64,000 bases of DNA, from contig MU057809.1 in assembly GCA_013265495.1 (NCBI GenBank), forward strand, positions 981,062 through 1,045,061, written 5' to 3'. A model generated the notes under the pieces. The model was not told the origin of the DNA. It saw only the letters and a program-made list of their open reading frames with translations, and did no database searches. The stretch is from Vicugna vicugna (taxonomy: Eukaryota). Both the position numbers and the translations under genes were made by a program. The first letter of the stretch is position 1. Each line of letters starts with the position of its first letter. Below are positions 33,530 to 47,039 of this stretch, piece by piece.

Positions 33530-34400
33530 TTTTGTTTTACATTAACAGACATCACTGTCAGAGCAGTTTCAGGTTCACAGGAAGCTGAGTGCCCGTACGA
33601 CTCCCACCCAGGCCCCCCCTCAGCCCCCGGACGTCTGTTACGACGTGGGAACTGACAGAGACGTGGCAGCACGAGCTCAGCGCACAGCTTTCACCTCGCG
33701 TGGCATCAGGGAGACGCAGTTACGGCAGCAGCGAGATACACCCCCTCCGTCAGAACGGGCGGAACAGCGACACTGGCAGCAGCCGACAGCGGCAAGAACA
33801 CGGGCAACAGCAACCTCGCTCCCGGCGCCACGGCACGCCTGCAGGCCCGGGGGCGGCAGCCCCACGCCTGCGCTCCTTCAGCGCTGCGCGGCTCCTCTGA
33901 GCCTCTTGCTCTCAAACAAACTGGAGAGTCAACTCGCCGCTATCCACAAGATGAAACACCGTGCCAGGATTCTGACCGAGACCGCACTGCACCCACAGAC
34001 CACGTCCGGACGAGCTGGCGTGGCGACAGCACCGCGTCTTCCTATCCATGAACACGGAACACCTCTGCACTCACCCAGATCTCTGACGGCTTGCATCACA
34101 GCTCCACAGCTGTCACGCAGATCTCGTACGCAACTTTCCAGATTTACACTTAAGCATCTCCATTTGTTTGCTTCGGTACTAATGTAGGTGGTGTGCTTTA
34201 ACTTCCGACTGCGAGTGTTCGCTGCTGGTGACGCAGCACACCTGACGTGCGCCCTACAATATTGCTGCGTACCGGCTCTGCGAGTTTCCTGGCTGATTCT
34301 CTGGGATCTTCTGCACGGACGGTCACGTCATCCTCCTTCCCGCAGTATGAGGTTAAGCTGGACACCCTTGCCTTGATCCTAAACTTCACAGGAAAGAATC
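33530..34400 (-). mobile_element. Old LINE-1 fragments (3' end and ORF2), antisense, GC-shifted
   Basis: agagcagtttcaggttcacagg is an L1M 3' end. cttcctatccatgaacacgg and gattctctgggatcttctgcacggacggtcacgtcatc match antisense ORF2. Confidence 0.7.
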
Positions 34401-35129
34401 CAGCTTCTTACTGGGATGAGGGATGGAAATACCGGGCACAAGTCAGCCTCTCCATCCACCACAGTTCCAAGAAGACTCTGCCCACTTAGGCAGCGACAAG
34501 CACCACGGAGCCCAAGTGAGCTCTCTGCGGAGGGCACATCCCCTCCCATTAAGGACTATTCTTGGACCCCAGAGGTCTCACACTCTCAGGGCACACGGTG
34601 ACCCCGCTGCACTCCAGGGAGCATAGCAAGGCTGCCCGAGTTTCTAATGTCACCAGAAATCGGGTGGGAAGCGACCTGGCGCCAGGCAGCCTCCCATGCT
34701 GATCATCTGAAACAGGAGCACCGGGCGGGAAGACCAGCCCCGCTGCTGCGGACCAGAGGTGCCCCCTCCAACCAGCCCCACACGGGGCAAAACTGGCCTT
34801 TTCTGTAAGACACGAACACCACCTTCCCAGAAACACCAAAACTGGGGACATCTTCCCAGACATTTAACGACTGGTATCCTTGAATTCCAGGTGAAGCAAC
34901 GTTATAAAATGCCCTCTAAACTCCAACCAGGATTTCAAAGAGACAACACCACATGGAAAGGTGAGACCAGCCACAGATGGTGTCAGAGGACAGGGAGCAC
35001 CCATCCTCTGGCCCTCCCTCCACCCAAGGAGGGACGGACCCCCCCCCCCCGTGCTGCGGGCCCCTGCGGGCCTGCTCTCACCCACAGATCTGTGCGGGGC
35101 CCGCCCTCCTCACGGACGCCAGCCACAAC

Positions 35130-35430
35130 AGACCGGGTGCAGAGCAGATGTGAGACTCCAGCTGCCTTCTATTTAACCGACAGTAAAGAGACCTGCAAAA
35201 ACGCCGAACAATGACACTCCTCCAAGTCCTTTCTTTAAAAATATTTTTATAAGTACATTTTCTATTAGGAGCTAACGAGTTGTTTTTAATGAAATTATAA
35301 ACACAATTATAAATAATTTTTTTACTTTTTCTTTCAATTTCCAAAAATAGTGAATATTAATAAATACGACTCCTACAGACACAAGCGTGTGCTCCCTGCA
35401 GTTGTGTGGTGTAAGGAGGCCCCGAGACTG
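35130..35430 (+). mobile_element. hAT-Charlie (Charlie1-like) DNA transposon 3' end; may extend upstream to about 34800
   Basis: gcagatgtgagactccagctgccttctattta...aaagagacctgcaaaaacg...aacaatgacactc, then an AT-rich block and gtaaggaggccccgagac, match the Charlie1 3' consensus from memory. Confidence 0.7.
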
Positions 35431-38400
35431 CAGGTGCGGGGAGTGCGGGGCAGGGAGGGCGGGCGCCGGCGTGCCAGGGGCCAGGCGTCCAACCTCTGGG
35501 GGCCCACGTGCTCAACCCTCAACCATCCACTCACAGCACGTGTGAGCAGTGAAAAGCGTGCTTGGAAGGATGAATGTATTTAGCAGAGTCCTAAATCCAC
35601 ATGTTGGGGTGAGTTCCAAGCACCTGCGTCTTTAGGGTGTTTTCCCCCACGTAATTCTTACGCAGCTGATGGCAACCCAGGAGACTCTGGCGCTGGGAAG
35701 CACACAAGCTCAGCACTGCACAACCCCCCCTCCTTGTTCTCTAACTGGTCCCCAGGCAGGAGGAAGGCCCCCAGGCGCGGCCGCACTCCTTACTTCGTGC
35801 AGACGCCCACAGCAGCAGACAGGGAGCTGGAAACAGGTGTCCAGTGCCCGGTGTGTGGCACAGGAAGGAAGGGGCCGGGCACAGCAATGAACGGATGCGG
35901 AGGGGACAAGCCATGGGGAAAACTGGGGAGAACCAACTGGACGCCAGATGGCTTCTCCTAGACCTCGAGCCTCGCTGTAACACACAAGCTGCTAAATGAC
36001 ACGCCCGCAGGCGCCAAGGCTGACCGTACAATGCCAGAAGATGGGCGGTGGCCCAATTCCTGGAAATCCTCCTCGATTCCCCAAAATAGTTAGAATATTC
36101 CTCCCGCTCATTAGCCATGAAAGGAGCCAGCCCATAAACGAACCTGAGGACCGCGTGTCTCTTAATAACCTTGCTTTCACTTTACTGCAGCTCACTCTTG
36201 AGTTCCTGCCTGTAGGGGTCAAGGGCCCTCACTGGGCGTCCGTCCCAGGGGCTCGCTCGCATCTGGGATGTGGTATTTCCTTTGCCTGCCACAAGTGGAT
36301 GGACCACATGGCCCAGTCACAGCTAAACCCATCTTCCCAGAGGGTGCAGAATGCATTTCTTTGCCTTGGGGCCGGGAAGGCCAGGAAGAGGGTCTCGTGA
36401 CCCTCGGGGCCACCGGGCTGACGAGCATGGAACCGCACAGGAGGGCACAGGCCTGGGGACAGGCACCCCGCAGCTCACTGGACTCCAGCGCGCACTAGTC
36501 ACGAAGCCGAGGGGAAGCGGTGCAGAGTGGGGCTCCGTGACATGGCGTGGGGTCAGCACGGGGACCCAGCAAGACGCCGGTGTTGTCTCCAGTACTCAGT
36601 AAAGAAATGCCTGAACTCTGTCCCTACCTGTGTCATGCAGCTTCGTAACAGGACCCAAACCTGCACGCCCAAGCGCCCCCTGGAGCCCCTGCTCCATGGT
36701 AAGCTGACCTGGTAACCAGGCGGGCCCCCCCCACAGCCCTGCCTCAGCTCCTCTCTGAAGCACCCTGATACCAGCATCTGACGCACCTCCCAGCTTGTTG
36801 TACAGATGCTAACCACCCCCCCGCCAAACGGAATTAACTGCACGTAGCCCCCAGGCCTCCTGGGGCCTCAGGAGAGACTGGTAGTGTTAACCCTGCGACA
36901 CCGCCCTGCGACCTCACAGTCAGCCAGTCAGAGAACCCTGCCCGAGCTGATCACAGGTGCTGCCGCCCCTCCCTCACCTGACCTTCAAAAGGCTTCCAAA
37001 GCCCATCGGGGAGTTGGGGTGCTCTGAGCACCAGCTGCCTGGACTCCTTGCTGGGCGCCTGCAGTAAATGCTGCACGTCCCTTCACAGCCCGCTGTCAAC
37101 AGACTGGCTTCACTGCGCAGGTGAGGGGACCGAGTCTGGTTCAGAAACAACCTGAGCACGCGGTCTGTGCTCTCAGACACCGAGCAAGGCCTTAGGCCCG
37201 GGCATCAGAGGGACGGCGCCTCCCCGTTCTGCCACCTCCCTACACCCACTCTGGGCTGGGTTACGGGGGGCCGGGGCCACTGAGGGAGTAGGGACCCGCC
37301 TGCTAACGTCTGCCAACAAGGCAGGAAAGTGTGCTGAGGCTGCCTAGGACCTTGGACAACCGCCGCCCCCCGCCTGCGGACGAGATCCCCATGTGTGTCC
37401 CCGGGCTTGTCCTCAGGGATGAGCTGGCAGCAGCTGGGCCTCGTGGCTGCGCGGGAAGCTCTCTGGCTCAGGCTGTCAAGTCCACACCAGGAAAGCTGAG
37501 AGAAGCATCACCAGAGACCGAGAAGAGACGGAGCCCAGAGCAGGAGGCGGGCACAGGACACCCGCGCCCTTGGGTACGGGGACCCCACCCTCAGCCTCAC
37601 AGGACGGAGGATCCAGGGGCCCTGCCCGTCCGCCCTGGCTCTGGCTACAAGGACGGCGCTGCTTCCTCCCGCCAGGACTCCTTGAGTGCCTTCCAATCAG
37701 CCAAGGAAGCAGAAGCCTCAAGGCCCTGAAAGGGCCAGGGCTCCTTCACCAAAGGGTCCTTCACCCTGCCTTCACCCAAAGACAGACAGACACCGCTCAG
37801 GAACGGCCCCCTTCTGCTCCTGTGCAGCGTTTGCGCAAACCTAGATTCCAATGCCACCTTTCGGGGCGGCCAGTGAAGACGCTTTTGTCTGCTTGCTGAC
37901 GTTCCTGTCTGCGGCCCCGGGTGGAGGCACCGCACTAGGTCTCGGCCCTCACCGGCACCCACGTGGTGCAGGGACCCACCGCCCCCAGTTCTCCAGCCGC
38001 CCTGCAGAGCAGGCAGCATTCGCCTGGTCTTCCAGACAGGAAAGCGGCAGAGGTGCCGAGAACCTGAGGACGTGGAAGCGCCTGTCACCCTGGGGCCAGC
38101 GGCCAGCAGAGGCCGTAGGGCCCAGTCCTGGATGAGCAGACCGGCTCTCCTCCCACTGGCAGACGGCCCTGAAGCATCCGGCCACTTCCGGGAGCTACGC
38201 CTGGCTTAGACCAGACCCACCCAAGAGCCCACAGCTCGTAGGCGACCTGCAGACGTCCTCCCAGGGCCTCTGCTCCTCGTCGGTCCTCAGTGTCTCCACT
38301 CAGCTCCCCACCACCCAACGTCCTGGAGACAGAGGCTCGGCCAGACTCCCCAGTGCCCAGACGTGAAGAAACAGCAATACCCCAGCTCTCAGACCAGCCC

Positions 38401-41400
38401 AGGCCAGCACCCCACACGTCCCCTGAGTGACCCTGGTGAGAATCCTGCAAGGAGAGGGCAGGTGCCTCCCCCTCCCCGACAGACCACGTGGGGGACCAGG
38501 GCTTGGACAGGGCTGACCAGCCCTGTCCCAGCCCCGCACTGACGCAGAAGAGCCAGGAACACAGCCACCGTCCCACTGGGGGCTGGACTCTTCCCTGCGC
38601 CAAGCTGCCTCAAATGCAGGACTGAAGCTGGTGCCAGTGACAGGGCACTTCTGTGCCAGACACGAGGAGGAGGAGGGAGGAGAGGCCAGGGCACTCGGCC
38701 ACCAGAGGCCGCCTGGTGCATCTCAGAGGAAGGTGCACTCCACGTCCAGACCAAGCACCTGTCCCTTTACATCCTGCTCCAGAGGGAAAGAGGTGGCGTC
38801 CTCCCAGCTCCGTGGAAGGCACAGGCCAGACCAGGAGAAACCCACAGCGTGACAGGGCCGGGGACAGGCCAGCCGGGGCCTGCACGCTGCAGGACGGCAG
38901 GTGAGCCTGAGGATGCACTGCCTCCCACAGAAGTTTTCCTACAGCAAACGCCACTCAACCAACCTCTCAGAAGCTGATGTCATCTTGGGGATGAACATTT
39001 TTTTCCTGTGCTTGAATAAAAGGGACAGTTTCACATTTTATCTACTTCCACATTCCTTAACAATAAAAACTTATTTAAAAGGCCTATGAATATGTAAATG
39101 ACGTTTTAAATATGGAAATGCAAAACATGCAAGAAAACAGTCTGGGTGTGAAATATTAATGGCACCTCATCTCGCTGAGGAGAGACAACACCAGCTGGCT
39201 GAAGGCAGCGGAGGAGCCCAGCCCCTGCTCAGCTGAGAGCGGTGCCCGGCCGGGCGCTCCCCGGAGGAGGAGCTGCCTTCGCCCAGAGGCCGCCCGGGCG
39301 AGCCGCTGAGGACCGACTCCTTGCCCTGCCGCCGCCGGCCACCTCTGCTCCGTCACTCGCCCCTCGGGAGCCACCGTGCCAAGTCCAGGGTCTCTGCCAG
39401 GCAGCCTCGGACCGCACAAGCTCGACCAGCATGGCGTCTGCACTGCCCGCTGCTGGCAGAGTGAGAGCAGGGTCAGGAGGGCTCCGTGAGGAAGGATCGC
39501 CCCGGGGCAGGAGCACAGGGTCACCTCCAGGGTCAGCGGCAGGGCTGTGGCTAAAGGCCAGGCCGGGCAGACTCACCCACAGGGCCTGTGTAGGCCACAA
39601 GCACGACCTTCTGGGCGGCCGCACACCAGGTGTGTCCATGGAAGTCAGGGCCCCGAAAGCACGAGGCCGACGGCCCCATCAGAGTAACGGCATCCTTCTT
39701 ACAGAAAATCCCGCCACCCTCCCTCCAGGGAGCCCTGGGGCTTTAGCGACCCTCTTCCAAGGGGACTCTCTCCGTGTGACAGGACAGGAGGCCAAGGAGG
39801 ACAGAGCTCTTGCTGCTCACAGTGTGGTCCCTGGGCCAACAGTACCAGCAGCCCCGGAGCCTGCGGGACGGGGTACGGCACGTGGTCCCCACTCCATACC
39901 TGCTGGACCAGGGCCTGCGCTGAAAGGCCCACGGGCAACCCTCGTGCTCGCTGAGCTGAGAGTCTGCTGCGAGGCCGCCCCGCAGAAATCACAGCAGGGC
40001 GGCTAACAAGCCCCCCAGCACCGCGGACGCCTGGGGAGCTAGGTCACCGCAGGAGCCCTGCAGCCATGGGCTTCCCCACACAGCCCTGATTCTCCCCCAT
40101 GCCGCCCTCCGCTCTCCTCCTTCCCCTCCCCCCCCCACCCTAACCAGCCACAAGATCGAGAGGCTTGGTAATGGTACTGTCTTTGGGGAGGCCACTGAGG
40201 AGGCTCTGAGGACAGAGTGGAGGAAGCGGCTCCACGGCTGCAGGCACCACCTCACGTCCAAGCACAGGCACTGCAGGCAGGTGCAGCCCGCACCCTGCGC
40301 CCCCCGGAGGAGGCGGGGGGGCCAACCCCGCTCTGGAGACGATGGAAATGAAGGCCTCGCAGGGAGCCCGGACCCCCAGAGGCCAGCGCTGGGGCAGAGC
40401 TGCACATCCTGCCTCCTTGGTCATCAATCTGCCTCGGGCAGCAAGGCGCCCCTGTGTGCAGCAGACATGCCCCCGTCACAGTCCAGGCAGGAGCCTCAGA
40501 ACACGACCCCCACGAGCTATCCGCTAACCCCTGCACCAACCGTGTGCAGGGTCCGTGTCTACTACACCAGGTTCTCCGGACGAGAGGAGAGCCCCAAGAT
40601 CTGCTCACCACCGCCCCAGCAGAGCCCAATCGCCCAAGAGGGAAGCCGCCAACCACAGCGGCCGTTCAACTGCAAATTCAATTCACAGACACACCTCTTC
40701 TCTCACACCAGCCCCGTTCCAGTGGTCACTGCACCCAACAGCACACGGGTACAGCCCACAGGGGTCCCTCTGGATGGCGTGGCCCAGCCCCGGCAGACGG
40801 CCATCCACAGCCGAGGCCTGTGCTCTGTCTCCTCACCGAAGCAACCAGCCGAGGAAGGCAGCCCCCGCGCACCCTCACAGAGACTCCACAGGGGCCCCGG
40901 GAGACGGTCAGCATGGGAAGAAACATCACCCTGACCGATTCACAGCTGAGAGGATGGGGCTCCAGAGAGCGGGGCCTTCCCCAAGATCTGAGCCAGTGAG
41001 CGGAAGAAAGACGCAGGGACGAAGCTACAAATCGGAGCCCCTGACAGGCCCAGCCGGGCGTCTGCGGGGGCTGGGGGGGGCCATGCCGTCTCAGCGCTCC
41101 CCCGGGCCGGGGCAGGGTCTCCCACCAGGGCCACGTGAGCTGAGCGACCAGCACCCGCTGAGCGAGCTCAGCCCCGTGGGAAGGAGAGGCTCCAGGTTGA
41201 GAGCCAGCCAGCTCAGCGCCTACACGCCACACTGGGTCCCTGGAACCTGCCACGAGGAGGGCGCAGAGAAGGCCCAATAGACACGGGCTGGCAACACACC
41301 GCCCACCAAAGCCCATAACATCGTGTGGCATCAAGAGCTGGACGGACAGGCCAGGTCTCAGTCTCCAGCACTGAAAACCCTGGGGGCTGCCGCTCACTCA

Positions 41401-42039
41401 GACCCTCCGCCCAGCACAGAACAGGCAACTCCCCACACGGCTTCCATGCACACCTTCCAAGGACGACAAAGGGTCAAGTGCGCCCGGGAGTGTCCCCAGG
41501 GGGTGCACCTGGGTCATCCTGCAGGAAGCTGAGGCAGACTGGCGGTGGCCCAAGGCCAACACTACAGTGCAGGCTTCCCTAGGGTCCTCCCGGGCAGGGC
41601 CACCGGTGATCACTGAGCCCGTGGATGCCCACAAGGCGGGGTGCCACGCAAAGTGGGGCAGCCACCCCGGAGGCCTCATCCACCTTGTTGAATGAGTGTA
41701 TGATGATGAGGGAATGGACGGGCTGGGCCCCACTCTGGGTCCAGGGAGCTTCTGTGGCCATGGAGGACACAGCCCAGTGAAGGCGGCTATACACAGCGCC
41801 ACTTCAGACAGAGTGACCTGGAAATGCCTGAGCCCCAGGCCCAGCAGGGAGGGCCCAGCTGCACCGGGCTACCTGAGAGAGGAGTGTTCCAGGCGAGGGT
41901 GTCACTGGGCCCGGGCCAATTCTCATCTCCACTGCCCCCGAATCACTCGCGTCCAGGTCATGAGGACTCCAGCCGTGTCCGCTGCACCCCCGTCTGCCCA
42001 ACAGCCGCAGGCCGTGGGCAGGGCTGTGTCCTCACCCAC

Positions 42040-42420
42040 CTACAGGGAGGCGTCCTACACACCTCCAATCCAGATCTCCGAGCCGATGCAGACTCCCCAG
42101 CCTCTACCTGGCTGTCGGACAGGCTCCTTGATACCATCTCGTCCAAAGCTGGACTCCCAGTGCCCTCTGCCTCCACCTGCTCTGCTGTGTTCTCTGTGGA
42201 CGGACGAGGCAGACCCACATCTCACGTGCTCTCCCCAGAACCCCACCCTGATCTCTGTGTCCTGCCTGTCACATCTGATCCACAGCAAAGCCTGCAGCCC
42301 TGGCTCCCAGGTGTGCCAGCACGTTGAACCCTCCTGACTTCTGTGCCCACCCCCGAGACACACTGTCCCCTCCTGAGCCCGCTGGACACTCCCCATGGCC
42401 CGCCCTGAGTCACCCCAGAA
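42040..42420 (+). mobile_element. LINE-2 ORF2 remnant
   Basis: Translates to HTSNPDL...STWLSDRLLDTISSKAGL, resembling L2 YISSPDL...STWMS.RHLKLNMSKTEL. It is followed by atctgatccacagcaaagcctg. Confidence 0.65.
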
Positions 42421-43684
42421 GGCACACGCCCCAGGAACCAGTGAGGATGACGGTCAGGACAACTCGCTACCAGTCTGCTCGCTGCGCCAGCGAGTCCAAC
42501 GCTTTCCAACAACAACCCTACCTGTCATCACCACCGCCACCGCCACCGCCACCACAGGACACACAGAGAAGGGCTTGTAAAAGTGGGGACACAAGGACAC
42601 ACAGCTCTTCAGTGGCGGGGCCAAGACTCAAGCACAAGCAGCCTGTGCTCAGACCAGTGAAAGCTCCCAAGCCCTCACCCGCCCACGTCAGGCAAGGCAT
42701 GAAACCCACGCAGATGCACAGGGACAGGTCCCCGGTCATCATCAACCTTCCGTGCCCGCCTCTGGCTTTGCTGGCCTCAGGACAGCTAAGTCCACTGTAA
42801 CTCAGGCAGACACAAGGGACAAAGGTGACAAGGACTGAATGTATTCCAAAAGGTTTGAAAGCAGAGTCAAAGAGGTTTGCACAAACAGTGGGAAGAGAGC
42901 TGCATTAAGAATCGTGACCCCCCCACTGATCGTAACCGAACCCTGCGAGGTGAAGACGCACCCATCAACCTGGCAGGTGCCAGGAGAACACAGCAGCCCT
43001 GGGACCACCTGCCCTGAGGCTGGCGACCACTCTCTCACCCGCTCCTCCTTGAGCCCCCTTCACTCATCTCCTCCCAGCACCACCCGGAGCCCTGGCAGCA
43101 CCACAGGGGCGGCCCAGCACAGCCCCGCCGTCAGTGGGCCCAGCACGGCACTGGGGGGCCTGCGGCGGGGTCCAGGACCACCAGCCAGGGTTGTAAGGCA
43201 GGACCGCAACTCCAGGTGCTTCAGGCCCCTCACGCTCTGACAGTCGGAGGCCAAGGCTCTTCTGAGGCACTGAGAGCCCAGGGGAGGGAAGATGTGGTCT
43301 TCAAAACGAGACACTGTCACCAGAGCAGCCCAGAGCTAGAGCACGCCTCTGGGCGGGAACAGGGAGCGGCGAAGGCTGACAGTCCAGCCGCTCATCAGCC
43401 TGGAGAGCCGGCCCGGCAACCGCGCAGTGCCCAGCAGACGGGGACGCGGAGGCCGCTCTTCTTCCACGCCCGTCAGGGGCTTCCCTCCACCGACTTCCGC
43501 AGGCAGCTACCTGAAATCCGCGTCAAGGAAGGTGGCCTGAGGCGTCACACCAGCAGGCAGCCCTGAGCCGGACCGCGGGCCCACGATGCCCGTCTCTCCG
43601 GAGATGCGTGCTGGGGGCTCTCCACAGCCACACCGAGCCTGTCTCAGGGACCTGGGCTCTGGCTTCAAGCAAACCTGTGGAGCT

Positions 43685-43790
43685 CTGGAGACAGCAGACC
43701 AGGATTTAGACCCTATCTCTACAGCTTCCTGGCTGCTAACGGGGGCTCAGCTGTCTGTGCTGTGAAACAGGGCAGTGGCACCTCCTGTAG
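43685..43790 (+). mobile_element. MIR remnant
   Basis: cagaccaggatttagaccct...cttcctggctg...ctcagctgtctgtgctgtgaaacaggg follows the MIR core. Confidence 0.5.
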
Positions 43791-45302
43791 CCTTGGCACA
43801 GAGCCCGGCAAGGCACTCACCCTGTCAACCTTCACCGCTCTCCCACCACCATGCCACCTGTGCAGGTGAGAAACCGGGACCCAAGAAGCCCCCGCTCCAC
43901 TCCACCACCGCTCTCCAAAGTGGGGCCTTCATTCCCAGCAAAGCAAAGAAACCCAGAGCTCGCAACCCCGTGAGTCCCTGCGCGAGCTTCCCACCCCTGC
44001 TCCCCGAGGTTACCCGTGACGTCCAACACACGACACCACAGCCGCAGTCCCAACCAGGAAGAGGCGCGGCCTCTGGTCCGCCCCGGCACGCAGCATCCCC
44101 GGCTCCACTCGCGGCAGGGCAGGAGCTGCGCACTGGCTGGGTACTAGGTCGCTGGGTCCCGAAGCTGTCAGGATGCTCCCAGGCCCCGCAGGCAGGTGGC
44201 TGCATGGCAGCGTCACGGGAGAACGGTGACAGAGGACATAGCTAAACCTGAGTACTCGCGTGTCCTCAGCACGTCTCCAGAGGAACAACTCAGCCTCCAC
44301 GAACTGAAACTGAAGCCAGGACAGCCGTGCAAGAATGGCAAGGTTCCGGGGCTGTGACGAATCTCCTGTCCACTGACAGACATGTTCGCACGAGTGACCC
44401 ACAGGCCCTGCGGCTGCCTGAGATGCCCACGAGGGAAAAACACAGAGACGCCTGACGGTTCACGACAGCCCTCCAACAGAGAGGCACACCAACGCTCACC
44501 CCCAAAGGACACCTCAGGGTGCTGACCAAAGCTCTGCCCGGACTCCGGCCCTGCAAGCCCAGGGGCCTTGCTGTCTCACAGCTGCACGTCACCTGTGGCT
44601 CCCAGGTGCCTCACCGCCACCCTGCCCCCTCAGAGCAGCCCTGTAAGACACCAGCCCCACTTTGACATGGGAAGCACAGATACGCATAAAGCCAGCAACT
44701 ACCGGAGGCAGAAGGCACCCTCCTTCTCTGCAACCTGGAGGCTCGGGGAGGTCCGTGCCTCTCAACGCCCCGGGCCCAACACTGGGATGAGGCGCAGGCT
44801 TCCCGTCTGCAGGCGGAGGGCACAGACGTCCAAGAGGGGAAGATCCCAGCCAAACTTACGGCAGGTGCAGAACCAGGGCTCCTCGGTGATGTGGGGTCAA
44901 AGCCTCAACCCCCGTACAGGAGCACTCTTCCCTGCCCCAGGCTGGTGGCGGCCCTGCGTGCAGCGCCCAGGTGGCCGGCACCGTACCTTCCCAGAATGAG
45001 CAGGCGCTGCTTCTCCGCTCAGCTGCTGTGCAGTGCACGGTGCTCTGCTTCTCCCTTCACTCACTTCACAGAAGGCTGGGATGGGATGCCCCTTGGCTGC
45101 TGTGGCTGACCCGGGACTCGGCAGCGTGCGTGGGATGGGGTCCTCCCCAGGTAAGTCAGCCGGGCGCTATGGTGGCAACCTTGGACAGAGGCTGGTGCAG
45201 ACCTCAGCAAGGGCCCTGAGAACCCAGCGAAGGAGACAGAGTACGGGGCCCGCGCTCCCGCCGGGACCCCACAGGGCACTGGGTCAGCGCCTGCTGACTT
45301 AC

Positions 45303-45714
45303 CCTTTCCAGGTGGGGAACGTACATCGAACCCTGGGGCCTGAGCCCCGCCTGCCTGGGAACTGGCCAGACCCCGAGCTTTCACCCTCCTGCCAAGGGGC
45401 TTCTTCCCTGCTAACCTGAGTTTCTGCCCAACTGCCACTGAAGACGTGCAGAAATGACATCAGTGGGCCTGACCTCACGAGGTCCCCTGGCCCTCCACGT
45501 CGAAACGTCCACATCGCTCTGCCGTCTGTTGGAACAGCAGCCACCCAGACCCCTGCCGGCATGAACGGCACTGTGCACCGCCTCCTCGCCGTCCTGGTCA
45601 GCGAGGGCCTCGAGGGCACGGGACCCCAGCTCCCGCGGCTCCTGAAGAAATGAGTGCTCCCTATCGTCTGAGACCTCAAGAACGCTCCCAGGCTTCTCTG
45701 ACCCATTCCATCAC
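45303..45714 (-). other. Candidate cryptic poison exon (412 nt) with a MIR-derived acceptor
   Basis: Acceptor gcatcttcctccttcag|GTGATGG and consensus donor AGG|GTAAGT. Joined to the phase-2 exon it gives AGG TGA, an immediate stop. Confidence 0.3.
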
Positions 45715-45810
45715 CTGAAGGAGGAAGATGCAGTGATGGCACCCTCCCCCAGGACCTCCATGAGATGAAATGAGGTTATGCACAGATCAGCTGGACACAG
45801 GAGATGGTCC
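45690..45810 (+). mobile_element. MIR remnant (antisense to MAD1L1)
   Basis: cttctctgacccattccatcacctgaagg...atgagatgaaatgaggttatgcac resembles the MIR core and 3' part. Confidence 0.5.
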
Positions 45811-46809
45811 TGAGGCGGTCACACAGTCAGGACGGTCAGGATCAAGAGCCAACCACCCCACCCCAGGCAAGCAGTTGTCTGCAGGCCCTGTGCCACGTGC
45901 TATCACACCACACCTCCCGACACCCAGACCTGACAGACAGGTGCCCATCCTGCAGACAAGGTGGCGCACAGGGCTCGTCTGGGGGTCTGAGATCACTCGT
46001 GCTCCCAGGGCAGCTGCAACAGCTCCGAGGGAACCCGAGGGTCCCGAGAGGTGGACAAGCACCAGGGAGTCACGCAGACCACCTGTGCGCCGGGGAGGGC
46101 TGCTCCCTGAGGCAGAGTCCCACCGACGTCCCTCCCAAGTCCCTCCCAGGGAAGAGCCGAGATGGCTGGATCTACAGCTGTGACCGCAGCCGAGGGCGCT
46201 GCTGGTCCCGCAGGCGCTCATGGTCTCTAGGGGGCTGACCTTCCTGCTGCTGCTGCTCAGAAAACCTCAGCAAATACTTCACAGTTTGGGGGGAGAAAAA
46301 CGCAGACACGCTTCCTTTCCCCTAATAGTTCATTCTGTTTCAAAATCAAAGTAAAATAAAGAGGATCGCCTGGAAAAACGTTAAGGCGTTAATTTCAAGT
46401 CGCTTTTAACATCCGTTTCATCCGACAGCAGCTTTGAGAGCAAAAGGCAACCTCTGTCACTTGAGGGTTTTCGACTAAATTGATGTGATTATGTCGAACA
46501 TGACCAGATGCTTCTAAAAGCCAATTTTCAAGGTGACACCAGCCCCCAAAATAAGAAAACCTTCCTTCAACTAATAAATTATTAAAACCCTACTGCACCG
46601 CGGGGTGAGGCTGTGGAGGAGAATCAGTGGCGAAAGACTGTCCTCACAGACCCACCCAGCCGGCCAGTCTGGCCATGCGGGGCCCCGAGGGCCCCTCTGT
46701 GGCCACTGTCCTCCCAGCCCGTCCCCGAGCCCTTCACTCACTGGAGGGGTCAGCCTCACTCAGCTGTCCACCCTCAAGTGATTCAGGGGGGATCAGACTA
46801 GTTTAAGCT

Positions 46810-47000
46810 TGCCACGGTGACCCCATCCTCTGTGGGTACCTGGTCCGGGACAGACAAAACCCCGCCTGGACCAGTGAGGCTGGAGGCAAATCTGCTGGCC
46901 GGGAGCGTGGTGGGGGCTCCTAGGAAAGGTTTCCTTGTTCCAAAAAGGAGATCCAAGAAAGAGGTCTCTCCTTTCTCCTTCTGATGCGACCCCTGGAACA
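46810..47000 (+). mobile_element. MLT1 (ERVL-MaLR) LTR fragment
   Basis: ccagtgaggctggaggcaaatctgctgg...ggctcctaggaaaggtttccttgttcc resembles MLT1H-K. Confidence 0.4.
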
Positions 47001-47039
47001 AGCCCCTTCAAGACGACCCCTAGACGGCATGGGGCGGGG

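Noticed and set aside
36160-36190. Strong plus-strand acceptor (cttaataaccttgctttcactttactgcag)
   Set aside because: No convincing partner donor or ORF. An antisense exon cannot be supported from one site.
45299-45742. 147-aa minus-strand ORF spanning the cryptic exon
   Set aside because: Not in the MAD1L1 reading frame when spliced after the phase-2 exon, and has no protein similarity.
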